In this document: in pieces, positions 27,585-40,800 of the stretch
Layout: each line of letters begins with the position of its first letter
Numbering within the stretch: the first letter of the stretch is position 1
Source of the DNA: a virus
Length of the DNA stretch: 64,000 nucleotides
Reading direction: 5' to 3' (one strand)
IMG/VR virus record: IMGVR_UViG_3300045988_031640
Translations under genes and position numbers: made by a program
The notes under the pieces: model-generated
Databases searched by the model: none
The model's input: only the letters and a program-made list of their open reading frames with translations
Told to the model about the DNA's origin: nothing

Positions 27585-28563
27585 TTTAACAGAAAACTAC
27601 TATTCAGATAATACAAGAATATCTAATTCGAACATAGGCTGGTTCTTGAAGAAAGGGCCAGCCTATTTACATTCTATGCTAACAGGTAAAGCTGAAGGCG
27701 AAACAGGTCGTCAGTTAGCTCGTGGAACTATGATTCACGAATATCTGTTACAGCCTGAAGAATTCCACAAAGACTATGTTGTGTGGGATAAAAGTAGACC
27801 TTCTTCAGCACAGCAGGAGAAGTTCTGTCAGGAGCTTGCACAGAGTGTTGAAATAGAGCCAAATAAAGCCGTTATAAGCGCATATCGTGCGTCGTACAAG
27901 GGTTTACCCAAGTCAGACGATTTGGTGCTCCCTAAGGCTCTTAAAATGGCTGAGGAGTATTCTGATTATATAGAGTACCTTAAGATAAATGATAATCGAG
28001 AGATTATATCTCCATATGACGCTAAGATGCTAATGGAGGTGGCTGAGAATATTCAGAAACATAAACTTGCGTCTAAGTTGCTTAAGAATGAGTATATTGG
28101 ACAAGAGGATGAACTTTATCATGAATTCCATATAAATTGGAGTATGTGTGGAGTTAAATGCAAGTCATTACTTGATAGTGTACATTTTGATTTTAAGAAC
28201 AAAGTATGTACTTTGATGGACTTGAAGACAACTGTAAACATAGGTTGTTTTGAAGAATCTATGAATCATTATGACTATTTAAGGCAATTGTGTTTTTATG
28301 AATACGCTTTAAGATGGTATATTATAAATGAATTGAAAGAAGAACCAAATAATGATTGGACTTTTAAGTATTATATCATCGGTATAGATACAACTGGAAG
28401 TAATGAGATACGTGTTTTTGAATTTACAGAACATCAAGTTAATAGTAAATTAGATACTATTATGGATGTTTTAGAACAAATACGCTGGCATCAGGCTAAT
28501 GACAAGTGGGAACATACGCTTGAGTATTATACTGGTGACGGAAGTGAAAAGTTAAATTTATAA
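27577..28563 (+). CDS. PD-(D/E)XK exonuclease (Cas4/RecB-like)
   Basis: ISNSNIGWFLKKGPAYLHSML...GTMIHEYLLQP...LLDSVHFDFKNKVCTLMDLKTT. Confidence 0.82.
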   Translation: MNDLTENYYSDNTRISNSNIGWFLKKGPAYLHSMLTGKAEGETGRQLARGTMIHEYLLQPEEFHKDYVVWDKSRPSSAQQEKFCQELAQSVEIEPNKAVISAYRASYKGLPKSDDLVLPKALKMAEEYSDYIEYLKINDNREIISPYDAKMLMEVAENIQKHKLASKLLKNEYIGQEDELYHEFHINWSMCGVKCKSLLDSVHFDFKNKVCTLMDLKTTVNIGCFEESMNHYDYLRQLCFYEYALRWYIINELKEEPNNDWTFKYYIIGIDTTGSNEIRVFEFTEHQVNSKLDTIMDVLEQIRWHQANDKWEHTLEYYTGDGSEKLNL

Positions 28564-28587
28564 TTTCTAACCTTAGAGTAAATAATT

Positions 28588-28797
28588 ATGAATGATATTA
28601 TAGAAGCAATTGACTCAGAAGTGTACAACGAAAACTTGAAGTCAAATTACAACGCAGCAAGCGTAGACATGAAAATTGTAGAGGAAGAAAACTTAGCTAA
28701 TATTGATGCAGCTTTAATTGAAGCTGAAATTATAGAAGAAGAGAATTTAGCTAATATTGACATGTCTAATGATTTTATACAAGAGTTCGTTGCCTAA
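28588..28797 (+). CDS. Small acidic protein with internal duplication
   Basis: 69-aa ORF containing IVEEENLANIDA and IIEEENLANIDM. Confidence 0.5.
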   Translation: MNDIIEAIDSEVYNENLKSNYNAASVDMKIVEEENLANIDAALIEAEIIEEENLANIDMSNDFIQEFVA

Positions 28798-29155
28798 AAT
28801 AGACATAAAGCTTTTAACGTTACAATATATATTAGATTCTCCTGAGATAATAAACTCTGGCGATCTTGTGGATATTTATGTAGAAATATACAAAGAAAAA
28901 GTAATTTACAAGCTTTTGTTTAACACACAAAACAAATTAGATGTATTCAAACTAAGAGAACTTGCAAGGAATGAAGATAGCTTTATTAATTGTAAGATCG
29001 AAAATGGTTTATATGTTATATCTTTTCTTGTACCAAATAAATATACAGATAGATTAGCATATTTAAATACATCAAAAACATATTCTGTCTCTAAAAAAGA
29101 GATGGATACTTTTCAGATATTCATAACAAAAAACCCAGGCCGCTCGAGAGAGTAG
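28757..29155 (+). CDS. Hypothetical protein, TAG stop
   Basis: 132-aa ORF; stop lies inside the loop of the convergent terminator. Confidence 0.55.
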   Translation: MTCLMILYKSSLPKIDIKLLTLQYILDSPEIINSGDLVDIYVEIYKEKVIYKLLFNTQNKLDVFKLRELARNEDSFINCKIENGLYVISFLVPNKYTDRLAYLNTSKTYSVSKKEMDTFQIFITKNPGRSRE

Positions 29156-29164
29156 TCTGGGTTT
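29131..29164. terminator. Terminator hairpin between convergent modules
   Basis: AAACCCAG/CTGGGTTT stem flanked by A-run upstream and T-run downstream; same stem sequence as at 143-174. Confidence 0.8.
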
Positions 29165-29173
29165 ATTTTTTTA

Positions 29174-32100
29174 TTAATTTTCAGATTGTTCTTTTTCAAT
29201 CTGCATTTTAAGATAGTTAAGTTTAGATTTAGAATCTTTAAATTGTTCTATTGGGCTATGTAAAGGTGTAAGTTTAATAGCATTTTTCTCAAACTTAGTA
29301 AACCCTTCATAAGACCTTGACCTTTTACCTAAAGGTTCTGTAAAGAAATCTCCTACACTATCGTCTTCAAGCATATTCTAAAGTGACGGATTCGATAGTA
29401 TCGACTAACGAGGGAATATTCTGTTAGCAATTCCAGTTGCAGTACCTTGCATAAAGTTTTCAAGACCATCGGATAGTGATGTAGCAGCAGAAACTGTTTT
29501 AATATTATTTGCAATATCATCTATTCGGTATGGATTAAATGATTCCCATTTGAACGCCTCCATCCAATATGCAAGCATATACTTCCACCATTCATCATCT
29601 TTATCAGATTCTTTAGCCATTCCGTACATGAAAGCAGAAATCTAATTTACAACAGCATAAAGAGCAATTTCACTCATAGTCTATTTTAGTTGATATTTGT
29701 TTGATAAAGAGTTTACGTACGCCTTGTCAGAAGATTTATCATTAAAATATTTTTTAACCTATTTAATAACTCCTTCTGGTTTGATCCCGTTTTTCTTATT
29801 ATTGCGACGAACTCTTAAATAATTACCAACACCAATAGCAGCTCCTATAACAGAGCCCATAGCTGGATTGAAGAACAATGTTCCAAGACTACTCCAAGCT
29901 AATGTGCTTAATAATAAGTTATTTCCAGTAGTCTTCGATATTAAATTAAACATATTTCTATGTAAACCATTCTTATATTCCTACATATCATAATCATACA
30001 CACGATTTCCAAAATACTTATCGAGCATCAATGGAAAATACTATCTATGTATCATAAGTAGTATACCAGCCCAGCTTTTAACAAGTAAAGTTCTTTGTAA
30101 TTTAGTAGCCATACCATCGGCTTCTTCAGAATATTTTACACATCTATTTTTTACCTTAAACTTACTCTTTTCCCAAGCTGCTTTATACTTATCGTCTTTC
30201 ATTTTTATAGCACCTGTTGACGTATCTATAACATCCCATAGAGAAACTCCTTTCTTGTATTGCTTCATGGCGTCATTATACCAATCTTCGCCATTCTTAA
30301 ATCTATTTATTTGTATATCATATTTAGTTAAGAATTCTCCATTTACAAAATGATGAGCTCTTAATGCTGACTAAGCGATATGTTGTTTTGACATAACATC
30401 ACAAGCAGACATTAAACCATATATAGACTATTTATAAGTAGCTTGAATAGCTCTAATTCTATTAGTATGCTATGTAGTGTTTTCCCATTGGTTAGCTAAT
30501 CCAAAATCCTTCATGACAACAAGCATCTTGTCTTTAGTGTATGGATTTGCTATAGTTCTTGCTCCAAATAAATGTTTGAATACAAATCTTGAAGCAACAT
30601 CTAACATTGTCTACATACACTCTTTAGCACTATATCTTTGACCAGTTAAAGAGAATACTAAATGATTATACATTGTTGTTAAGAAACCAACAACAGCAAC
30701 TTTAGGATTAAGACCCAAGTTTAATGCAGTTACATAACGTCTTGATAATGATAAAGTTTTATCATAATTAAAACTTCCAATGTTAAGTCTAATTCTTGCT
30801 TTATCATACATATTCATTTCAACAAAGCTATTTAGATATTTAAATAACCTTGTGTCTGTTCCATCTTTAGCAACTTTACTATTACTAAACTATACCAAAT
30901 CTCCTCTACCAAATCTTTGTTTACCAACAGCATCTATTAAACTTTCAACATCGTCACGTATTTTAGATTTGTTTTTATACAAAGCAGACATGTTATAGTA
31001 TTGTGTTATCATTCCAACTAAATCAGATGACAATTGTGACGGATCCTATAGTTTGCGAGTATAATACTATGGTAGGATATTAAATCTACGACCATCTGGG
31101 TATTTTCCTACTGTTGAAATATCAGATTGTCTATTACCATATTCTTGATCATTGTAATCAGATGTAGTACCTTCTCCGTATTGAACACTATCGTCAACAC
31201 TATCAGATATACCTATCTATTCTTTAAGCCAATTTATAAATGTAGACCATTTATGTTTATTTCTTTTTAATCTCTTCCAAAAAGAACCTTGTATTTGTGG
31301 AAGAAGATAATCATCGGTAAACATTCTATTAGTCTACATTGCATTAGACTCTTTCATATATTGTAATGTTAGATCGTATAACTTAGATAATGTCTCAGAA
31401 TTCTTTATTTTATTAAACGCTTTAGAATTATCGTAAAGTGAACGTTTAGGTATAAAAGAGTTATTGTTACCTTCTTTTTTACTTTCTTCAACATATTCTT
31501 TGTTTATAAAAGCAGAGTCATCTTCTTTAACAATCCAACCATTTCCTGGAGTAAATTCCATATACTTTGATTTGTCTTTAGCAACACTCTTCATCCACCA
31601 TTCATCAAAGTTTATATCAAAACCGTCTTCAGTATCTCCGTAATCTAAAAGTAACGCAGTTAACATACCTTCATAATCTCCATCTTCTGGATTTAGAGAT
31701 GCCTCTATTTCACTTATAGCATCATTAAGATATTCAGTATTAACTCTATCAAAATACTTATCCATTAACTAAGAATGTTTTTGATATAGCTGTGACAATT
31801 GATTATTGTTACTTAATACCTTTTCACGTATAGCTCTACGCTTTTGGTTTATCTCAAAAATTATATTACGAACTGACTCAGTTAAATATTCTCCGTCAAC
31901 TTCACCATATTGATCTCTAAGAGGATTTAATAGGCTTTTCTTCATTTCTGTTAGCTTATCATATTCTTCTCCGAATGACAAATCAATACCACGCATAGCA
32001 TTCTTTATCTCATTGAATATAATAGCATCGCCATTTTCGTCTTTTTTATAAGTCAACTTAGCATTACGTCTAGCCCATTTAATAAACTTCTTGTCATCAA

Positions 32101-34831
32101 ATTTATGTTTAGGATTTCCAGCAAACCAATCATTATAAGCCTACTTACCACCACATTCTTCTATGACCTAATTAAACTATTTGGTCCAGTTTTTTATATC
32201 GTATGTAGGATCAAACTTCTTGCCAGTCTTCTTTTCTCTATAATCGCTTAGATCTTTTCTAAACTTCTATAGCGCACGAGCTATTTTAAGCTCTTCTCCA
32301 GTCTTTTTAGTACCAAAGATAGTATAATCCTCATATAGCATCTTTTTGTCTCTTATGGCTGATTTTAGGCGCTTCCAATCTTCATCTGATAGCTTCTCGT
32401 AGTGATATATACCATTTTCATCTGTAACGCCAGGCTAAGCAAGTATAGCTTTTATTTGAGAGTCATATTGATCAAGAGCTTTTCTTGCAGAATAAGGAAC
32501 TTGTGATTGTATTCTATAATAATCTGCAGTGTATTTTCTATTTGCATTTTTTTCAAGCCACTAATTTCTTAGCTCATTCCACATAAGTCTGGCTTCTTCA
32601 TGATCATTTGGTGGTAATCTATTAGCATCAGAAAGAACTAATCCATCTTTCTTAAACTTTTCAGATACCTACCTATTTATATCTTTTATAGCATTATCAT
32701 AATCTTTCCAGAATTTGCCATAATTAAGATCTCTTACAAGATAGCCAGTCGTCTAACCGTTTTCATCTAACTCATATAATGACAACTAAGACTCTCCAAG
32801 CTTTAAGTTTTTAACAGCATTAAGCATATTTAACGCTACTGGTATTGTTTCGTCATCAGACTGTTCTATAGCTTTATTAATTATATGAGATACAGCTCTA
32901 ACAACTTCATTATTAATTGAGTCTGACGCTCCCATATATAATAATCTTGTACCAATATCATCATTTATAACTTGATTCGTTAAGAATGTATCAGCATATT
33001 CAACACCTTCTCTAGAACCTACAGATTTAGCTATTTCTGTAAGTTTGTCATGACTAATCTTATCAAGCATATGACTAAGAATAGCAATAGATGCAGTTGT
33101 TATTGATGATACGTTATCTATATCTTGTTTTATTTGAAGAACATCGCTTACTGATATTTTATCTTTATCGAGTTTGCCTTTATTATATTCTCTAACAATC
33201 TAAGGAACTTCATTTTCATCTGATAACATAGACTATAACTATTGTATAATAGAATTATACATCTTAATATTACTATGCATCTAAAACATGTAGTCTTTAG
33301 ATGTAAAAGGTTTATGATTATAATAAATATCCTTTATATCTTTCATATCTTGTATAAGTTGCGGTACAACCTATCTTAAGAAAGATGTTATAGAGTCGTA
33401 TTTAGAAAGCTCTTGAGTTGTAAACAAATCTATCTACGACTATGTAGAATTAGTTAAATTAGCCTTCTTAGACGGATCTAATTCTGCAGTACGAATAGCA
33501 TTTAATCTAATCTTTAATGCATTGCTTATATTTTGATAATAACCTTGATCAGTATTAGCTAATTTCTATTGTTCAGATAAAGCTTGTTCGGCATTACTTA
33601 TATAATCAACATTCTCTTGTGTTCTATCATTAACCTACGTATTGTTATCTATATTCTAATAATAACGCTTAGCAGACTATATGCTTGTAGAATTATTTAC
33701 ATCAATAGTATTATTACCGCTCAGATACGCATTTAATTGCGTTCTAAGGCGCTCAAATTCAGCTTGGCTACCAACTATACTCCTGTTTAAAATAACGCCT
33801 GAGATCGCATTTATTACATTATTAAACGTTCTTACAAGAATATTCTTATTACCATCAATCTACTTAGCTAATTTATACATATAGCTTCTTGTATATTGAT
33901 CTGTAGCAAGCTATGCAATAAACTCATATTTGTCAGTTAAAGCATACAAACCTTCATCTATAGAAGCGTACATTGAAGGATTTTTATCAACAAAAGATTT
34001 AAGTTTCTAAAATAGCTTTTCTGTATTATTCTTTAACTTTATATCACTTGATGTTTTTGGGTTTGATAAAGCCTACTCTGTAAGATGATGTACTATTTCA
34101 TGTAATATAATATCAGCTACTTTAGAGTTCGATAGATTTCTAACAGTACTTAAGTTTAGTGATATATAAGACCCACTTCTACTCATAACAGCTGCTGCAC
34201 AAGCCTATAGAGAATTATCAATTTTGATAGGTAATCTATATTTAGCAGCAACCTAAGCTAATGGTAGGTTTGATTTACTTACAAGATTATTTGATATAAA
34301 ATGATCAATAAGTTCATTAGATGATATCTATTGTCTGGAAAATAACTTTTTTAGAACATCTTTAGATTGTATATCTGCATCAAAGTTACTAAACTAATTA
34401 ATATCATTTGAGGATGAAAATTTATGAGCATCCATTACAGGTTCTCCATTTATATCTACATTCTTAGATTTACCGCTAATCCAATCACCATGTTTAGATA
34501 TAAAAGATCTAGAATAATAAGAAGATTTTTCTTTTATAGCACCAAGAAGATTGCCACCTCTTTTGTTTAATATGTCATAAAACAACTTAGATTTTATACC
34601 TTCTGGATTTTCTTCTGAATTACTATTAGGTACTTTGTCTAAGAACAAACCACCATTCATATCGTACAACCTATATGCGGCTTCCATAGCAATGAGATCA
34701 ACGCCAGCCCTCTAATTTCTTAGATCGGCTGACTTGAACTCATCTTCTGTCATAGGTTGTCCACCAAATGCTCTGACTAAGTTATTAAACTCGTCGAACA
34801 CGGATTTATTTTTATAAAATGGACAAAACAT
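29174..34831 (-). CDS. Giant late protein (1885 aa, TAG=Gln) with HExxH motif
   Basis: Hand scan of the frame found only cta (TAG) interruptions, no TTA/TCA (TAA/TGA) between start ATG at 34829-34831 and TAA at 29174; HEIVHHL at 34088-34102. Confidence 0.85.
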
Positions 34832-34840
34832 AATTAACAA

Positions 34841-37800
34841 TTAACATTTATTACTATTTAAATCATCTGGGTTATCTTCAATATCATCTTGAACATCTCC
34901 TAAGAAATCATCTTCTGATTCACTATTTACAATACCCCCTAATAATTGGTTACCCAAACTTGATATATTATTTTTTACAGCTTCTATCTATTTATTATCT
35001 GTATCAATCATTTGTTCAGTTATATAATCAAGCTACTATTCATTAGCAGTTTGTTCCTAACGTTCAATATATGATTTATAATCATCTATTTCATAACTAA
35101 GTTCCTTAATATAATTCTTAAAAGACTTCTTGTCACTTGATAGATTTTTATGAACATATATTTGATTCTTATTAGAGAATAGGCTACCTCTTAAATTAGA
35201 TACAGTAGAAACAGCTTTAGATAAAGCAAATCTTCTTGATCCGTTATACTTAGTAGAAGATGTTGATATATGATCAATATTAACTTCATTAGCAGATAAC
35301 TAATCTAATAATTTATTTATAAATTCATACATCTTTCTCTACATAAGAACTCTCTTAGCTTTATATTGCTCTAATTGTTCTCTATTCTATTGTAATAGAA
35401 GTTCCTTTTCTTTAAGATCATATTTGTCATAAGTCTAATTAAGTTTTTCTAATTCTTCGTCTATATATTTATCAATATCTTCTTTACTTATTGTATTTTC
35501 AAACAGATAATCAAAAGAAGAGGTTGTAAAATGAATTATAGCTCCATCTTTATTAATAAGTTTTAAGATATCGCTTATATATTTAGAAGGATCTTCATTT
35601 ATTCCTATAGATACAGTCTTAGCTTTATTATCTTCACCAAATACGGTTTTTAAATCATCGTCAGACTTTTCTTCTGTAGGAGTTAAATTTATAACAACAT
35701 CTGCTTTACCTATACCGAATGAATCTGGTTTAGATTTACCAGCATTTAACTTAACAGAACCAACGTCAACAGTCTTCTACTCAGATGTAATAGGAGTTGG
35801 TTTTATATAATTATCATAGTTACTACTAGAAGATTCCTAAATTGGTTTATCATACCAAACTAATTCAAAACTATAGTTATCGTTAGCCTTATTACTTTCA
35901 TCAACCATTTTTTGAACATCCTCAACAATCTTATCTTGAGCAAAATCAACTTCAAGTTTATTCTATTCAAATATAGAACTACTTCCGAAAGAATCGTACA
36001 TTTCTAATATACTAACACCAGTATTTCTATATCCAGCTTTATTTACAGCAGAGTATACAGATATGTCTCCTATATGTTTAGTTTCGCCTTCCTCTTGTTT
36101 TGACTTAATAATAACACCAATACACTTATACAGCATATATTCTCTTCCGCTCTTTATTTTAATATAAGAGTTATCTATATTACTTGTTGTAATAAAACTA
36201 GGGAATGCTTTGTTACCATTATAAGTTGATATTACTGGAAGACCAAGAACGTCTTTACCATATGGATCTAATAAAACAGAATCTGATTCATTTATATAAT
36301 AAGTCTTAACTATATTATCATTATACCAATAGTTTCTTGATATAATATCTATAATATTACTTGCCCTGTCAACCTAATCACCTTTCCTCTATAGTAAGTA
36401 TAATTTTGTTAAAGAGTCCTACATATCTGAATTATCTTTATTCATTAGATGTATAGAATGACTTAACGCATTATCATACTAAGCTCTATATTCAGAAGGT
36501 ACTAAATCAAAGAATGAATTAATACCATTCTAATCATATGATGAATAATAAGCATAGAATACTAAATCTTGAGCTAATTTCTAAACTTCTTCGTTTGGAT
36601 ATGATAATAACTATGCAAAAGCACTAGATAATATCTACTTCTTATTCTAACCAACAGTCATTTGGTTCTATGATAATGAAAATCTTCCTACAGGAGATTT
36701 AGAATTAGCTGTTATAGGATTTAAATATAACAATAACTCGTTCTATATAGCAAGAGATTCAGAATCAACAAGACCTGGGTAATTTTCTGGATGATTAATT
36801 ATTTCGTTTACTAAAGACCTAAATCTAAAGAATATGTCTTTTTGATTTTTGTTACCAAACAATATATCTTTTATTTTATTTTTAAGAGCATTAACATCTC
36901 CGTTAAATGTAAAATCTATAGCGTCTGGATGATTCTATCTAAATTTAGAATCTCCATAAAGCTTACTTCCAATACCAAAGAAAGATAAGAATCTTATAGC
37001 ATTATCAACAGAGTCAGCTATATCTGTAATCTTCTTTTCATCTGATATTTTATTGTAATTAACAGTTCCTTTATTATCGCTAACTTCAATAAAACCATTA
37101 ACCTACCCAGCGATATTTCTAAATATATTATCAAATAGTCTAGTTGCTGTAAACGTCTATGCACTAAGTATATATCTAGTTAAATTTATAGCGTTGTAAA
37201 ATTTACTGCCTAAGAAAGTGTCTCTATAATACATATCTATAGCTAATCTAGACTCAGCTTGTTGTTTTGTCATTTCTATACCACGTGATTTAAGGTCTTT
37301 TATATACTATTCTACCTTTTCGTCAAAACCAGGCTTATTTATATAGAACCCAATAGTATTCTTAAACACATCAATAGTATTGCTAAAGTTTATTTGTTTT
37401 GCTATAGAATTACCAAATTTCTTAGTATCAATCTAAGACGCTTTAACGAGATCTGATAATTTGTCTGCGTATTTATATATTTCTAAGAATGATTCTAATG
37501 CACAAGCCTAGTAAGCTAACGATACAGCTTTTTCAAATCCGTAATCAGCTTTAGCAGATTTAAGAGACTGAATACCCATCTCAACATTAAACATAGACTT
37601 TTTATCAAAAGGTCTAAATGCTTTTTCATCAGGAGATTCTTTTTTACGATCTGTAAATTTACTAACGTATTTAATAAACTTCTATACAGCTTCAATCTAT
37701 TCTTCATCTTCAATGTTAGCTATACATAATTTTAACTCTTTAAGTAAATTACTATATATCTATTTAGCAACTTTTGATTTCTGAGCTCCAGAAAACTCTC

Positions 37801-40800
37801 CTTCAACTCTTTCTCCAGATAAGTTAAATCCATAAACATTGCCAGCATTGTTCATAATGTTAGCAAATTGTTTTATAGATGGCTATGTTAAGAATGTAAA
37901 CGTAGCAAGACCTTTACCTGCTCTAATTAAGAAATTAGTATGCTTGTAAGTAGTTTGATTTACATTGAGTGCAAATACGTATGGATCTTTAGCAACGTCA
38001 ACATTAGCATTAACCATAGCTGACAACCAGTCTGCGATTCGTCTATCATCTTCTCCATATATAGAATCCAAACTTCCAAATTCATATACATTATTTTTAT
38101 CATAACGTAACGTTAGACCAGTCTGTTGAGTTAATGATAAGTTTGTTACATTAAGAGCAAATGGACCAATACCAGTTTTACCAACACTAAACTCAAGTTT
38201 TCTCAAGGTCTAGAATGATGGTAGTAATTGATAACCACCTTCTGCATAACCGCTTGAACTGTCTTTTAGATATGGTTTTATAAGTTCTTCTTGTAATAAC
38301 TCTGTAATAACATCAATAGATCCTCTGGCTAATGCAAAGTTTTTCTTGTCTACCAATATCTTAATATAGTTGTCTATAAGATGATTCTTAACAGCTTCTT
38401 CGATATTATAATTAGAATAATAATCTTCTAACTTTTCAAGTTGAATATCGTTTAGAGATTCTAAATATTTATCAAATTCATCTAAATTTATACCAAGATC
38501 TTTAGCAGCATGTATTTTAATAACATCGTCTTTACTAATACTGCCACTAAGAAGATCTGCAACTTCTTGTTCTCCTATTTCAAAAGGCTTACCTTTAGAG
38601 TCAAACTTCTTAAGAGCTAAGAATAATTTATCAACGTCAAAGTCAGAACCAGTTTGACCAGTAAACTCTCTAGGAACAATAATCAAATTACCATTCTACT
38701 TAGGAAGAATATCAGCAACTTGAGCTGCAAACATAGAAGACTAACCCTGTGTAGGAATACGATAACCAACACCGAAAGGTTTAGCATTTTCTCCAATAAT
38801 GTTATTATCTAATAACCATTGTCTTGTAGCTTCAAAATTACCTTTATATTTAGCAGGAACAACATCTCTAAAGAAGTTTTCGCTTAATAAGACCTAAGTA
38901 GAATTATCTTCTTTATTCCATTTGAGCTCTTTACCGTCATTGAATTCTATAAATCCTTTCTTAGCAGCTTCTTCTTGCGTAAGAATATTTTTCTTTCTAT
39001 TAAAAGCTACAAAACCTAATACAGATTGCTGAATAGCAGTACCACCCTTAGTATTGATATTAACTACAAGTCTATTTACAAACTAAGAAACACTATTTTC
39101 AAATACGCTTCTTGATGGTAAGCTTGCAATTACACCGCCATTATGAATTATCTGTTTAGCTGATATTCCAAGACCGTTACTTTCGCAAATATCTTCAACA
39201 AATTTACGAACTTCTAATTCATTAAGCCTACCACTACTTGTAAAGAATCTATCTTTTACAGACTCTACACCAAACTGAGTTAACAGCTTAATAGAGTTAG
39301 TAATATCTCTACGTATAACTCTACCAAGTCTTCTATCAGAACCAGATCCATACTTCTCATCATCAATAATATTTGAAGAAGCAAGCTTAAACATCTGTGT
39401 ACCAATAGATCTTGAGTCAACTTCATGCGCATGTGTATTTAGCTGCAATCTAAGATTATTCAAATCTTGAACTTTAACAGCTAACGAGCCATTTCCTTCT
39501 TTATTAATAATTTCGCCTGTACTATAATCAAGACGAGTGTCACTATCATTAGAGAATTCGTCAGATATATTAGAAACGCTAGTCTAAACAGTCTTATCTT
39601 TTGATATTATCTATAATCCTTTCTAAACAGCACCAACTTTAGCAGCTGATTTAAATACGATCATATCAAGTTCATTTCCAGACTTATTCATTCTATCATA
39701 TATCTATGATCCAGAATCTGTAGACTTGTTGAACTTAAATACTGGGAAGATAGCCATCTTATTAAGTAACGCTCTATTTCTTGAATTAAGACCTTCATTA
39801 ATTGATTCGTTCTCAAAATAAGACATCTTTAATGGGAATAGCTATAGCTTGCTAACCTTTAAAGCTAATTGAGTGTCTTTCATCCACTCACTAGGATCTA
39901 TATCAACTCTCTGTCCATCTTCATTTATATAATATCCATTTTCTATTATATCATACGCCTATTGGTCTGAATATCCAGTTTCGTCTGGTTCAAAAGACCA
40001 TTCTCCAAGACCTACTCTAATACGTCTATATAAATCTGGGCGAATCATAACCTATGCGTCACATACATTTATACTCTTGTATGGATTCATCTATAAATCA
40101 AGATCGCTTTCTATACTTTCCTTAAGATCTTTTGGAAGCATATTATAGAACCTATTAAAATAATCAGCGTCAGAATATAATAAATCTATAATATTATTAA
40201 CACTTAGTCTCTTGTATTTAACAGAATCGCCTTTCTTTGTCTTAGCCTAATCATAAAGCTCGTTAGATAATTGGTCTGTAAACTTGTTAAGATATTCATC
40301 AATTCTACCATTTCTTATTTTATCTACAACCAACTATACTTTAAAATTCTGTTTAGTCTATTCGTAGAATAATGATGGTGCCTTTACGTCTTCAATCTCA
40401 AGAACAGTATACTTTGTATGATTTGGTATATTTAACTAAGAAATTTCATAATCATTATACTGATTTCTAATTTCCTAACCAGGAGAAAGCATACTTCCTA
40501 AACGTTTAATTTTATCTGAATGTAAATCATTTAGATTCTAAACGTTGTCTTCTATTTCGTAAATATTTCCATTTATACCAACGAATGCTTTTGATTTAGA
40601 TGCTTTTCCACTCTTCCATTTGTACTAAGCTGGATCGCCAGCGAATATCTTTTCAATTTCTATTGTAGATATTTGACTATTTACAACATAATTACCAATT
40701 AGAGAGAACAATGCACTAGCCTAAACAGCTTTGTTATTATAAATTTCAGCAGTTCCGAATAACTTACTATCACTAAGCTATCTTCTATAAACTTCAAGAA

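Noticed and set aside
33681-33884. Plus-strand ORFs inside the late module (33681, 37516, 43604, 44774, 48750, 49176, 50436, 53033, 55040, 55276, 57787, 60229)
   Set aside because: All are antisense to continuous TAG-recoded minus-strand genes; hydrophobic/Ser-rich translations typical of antisense frames.
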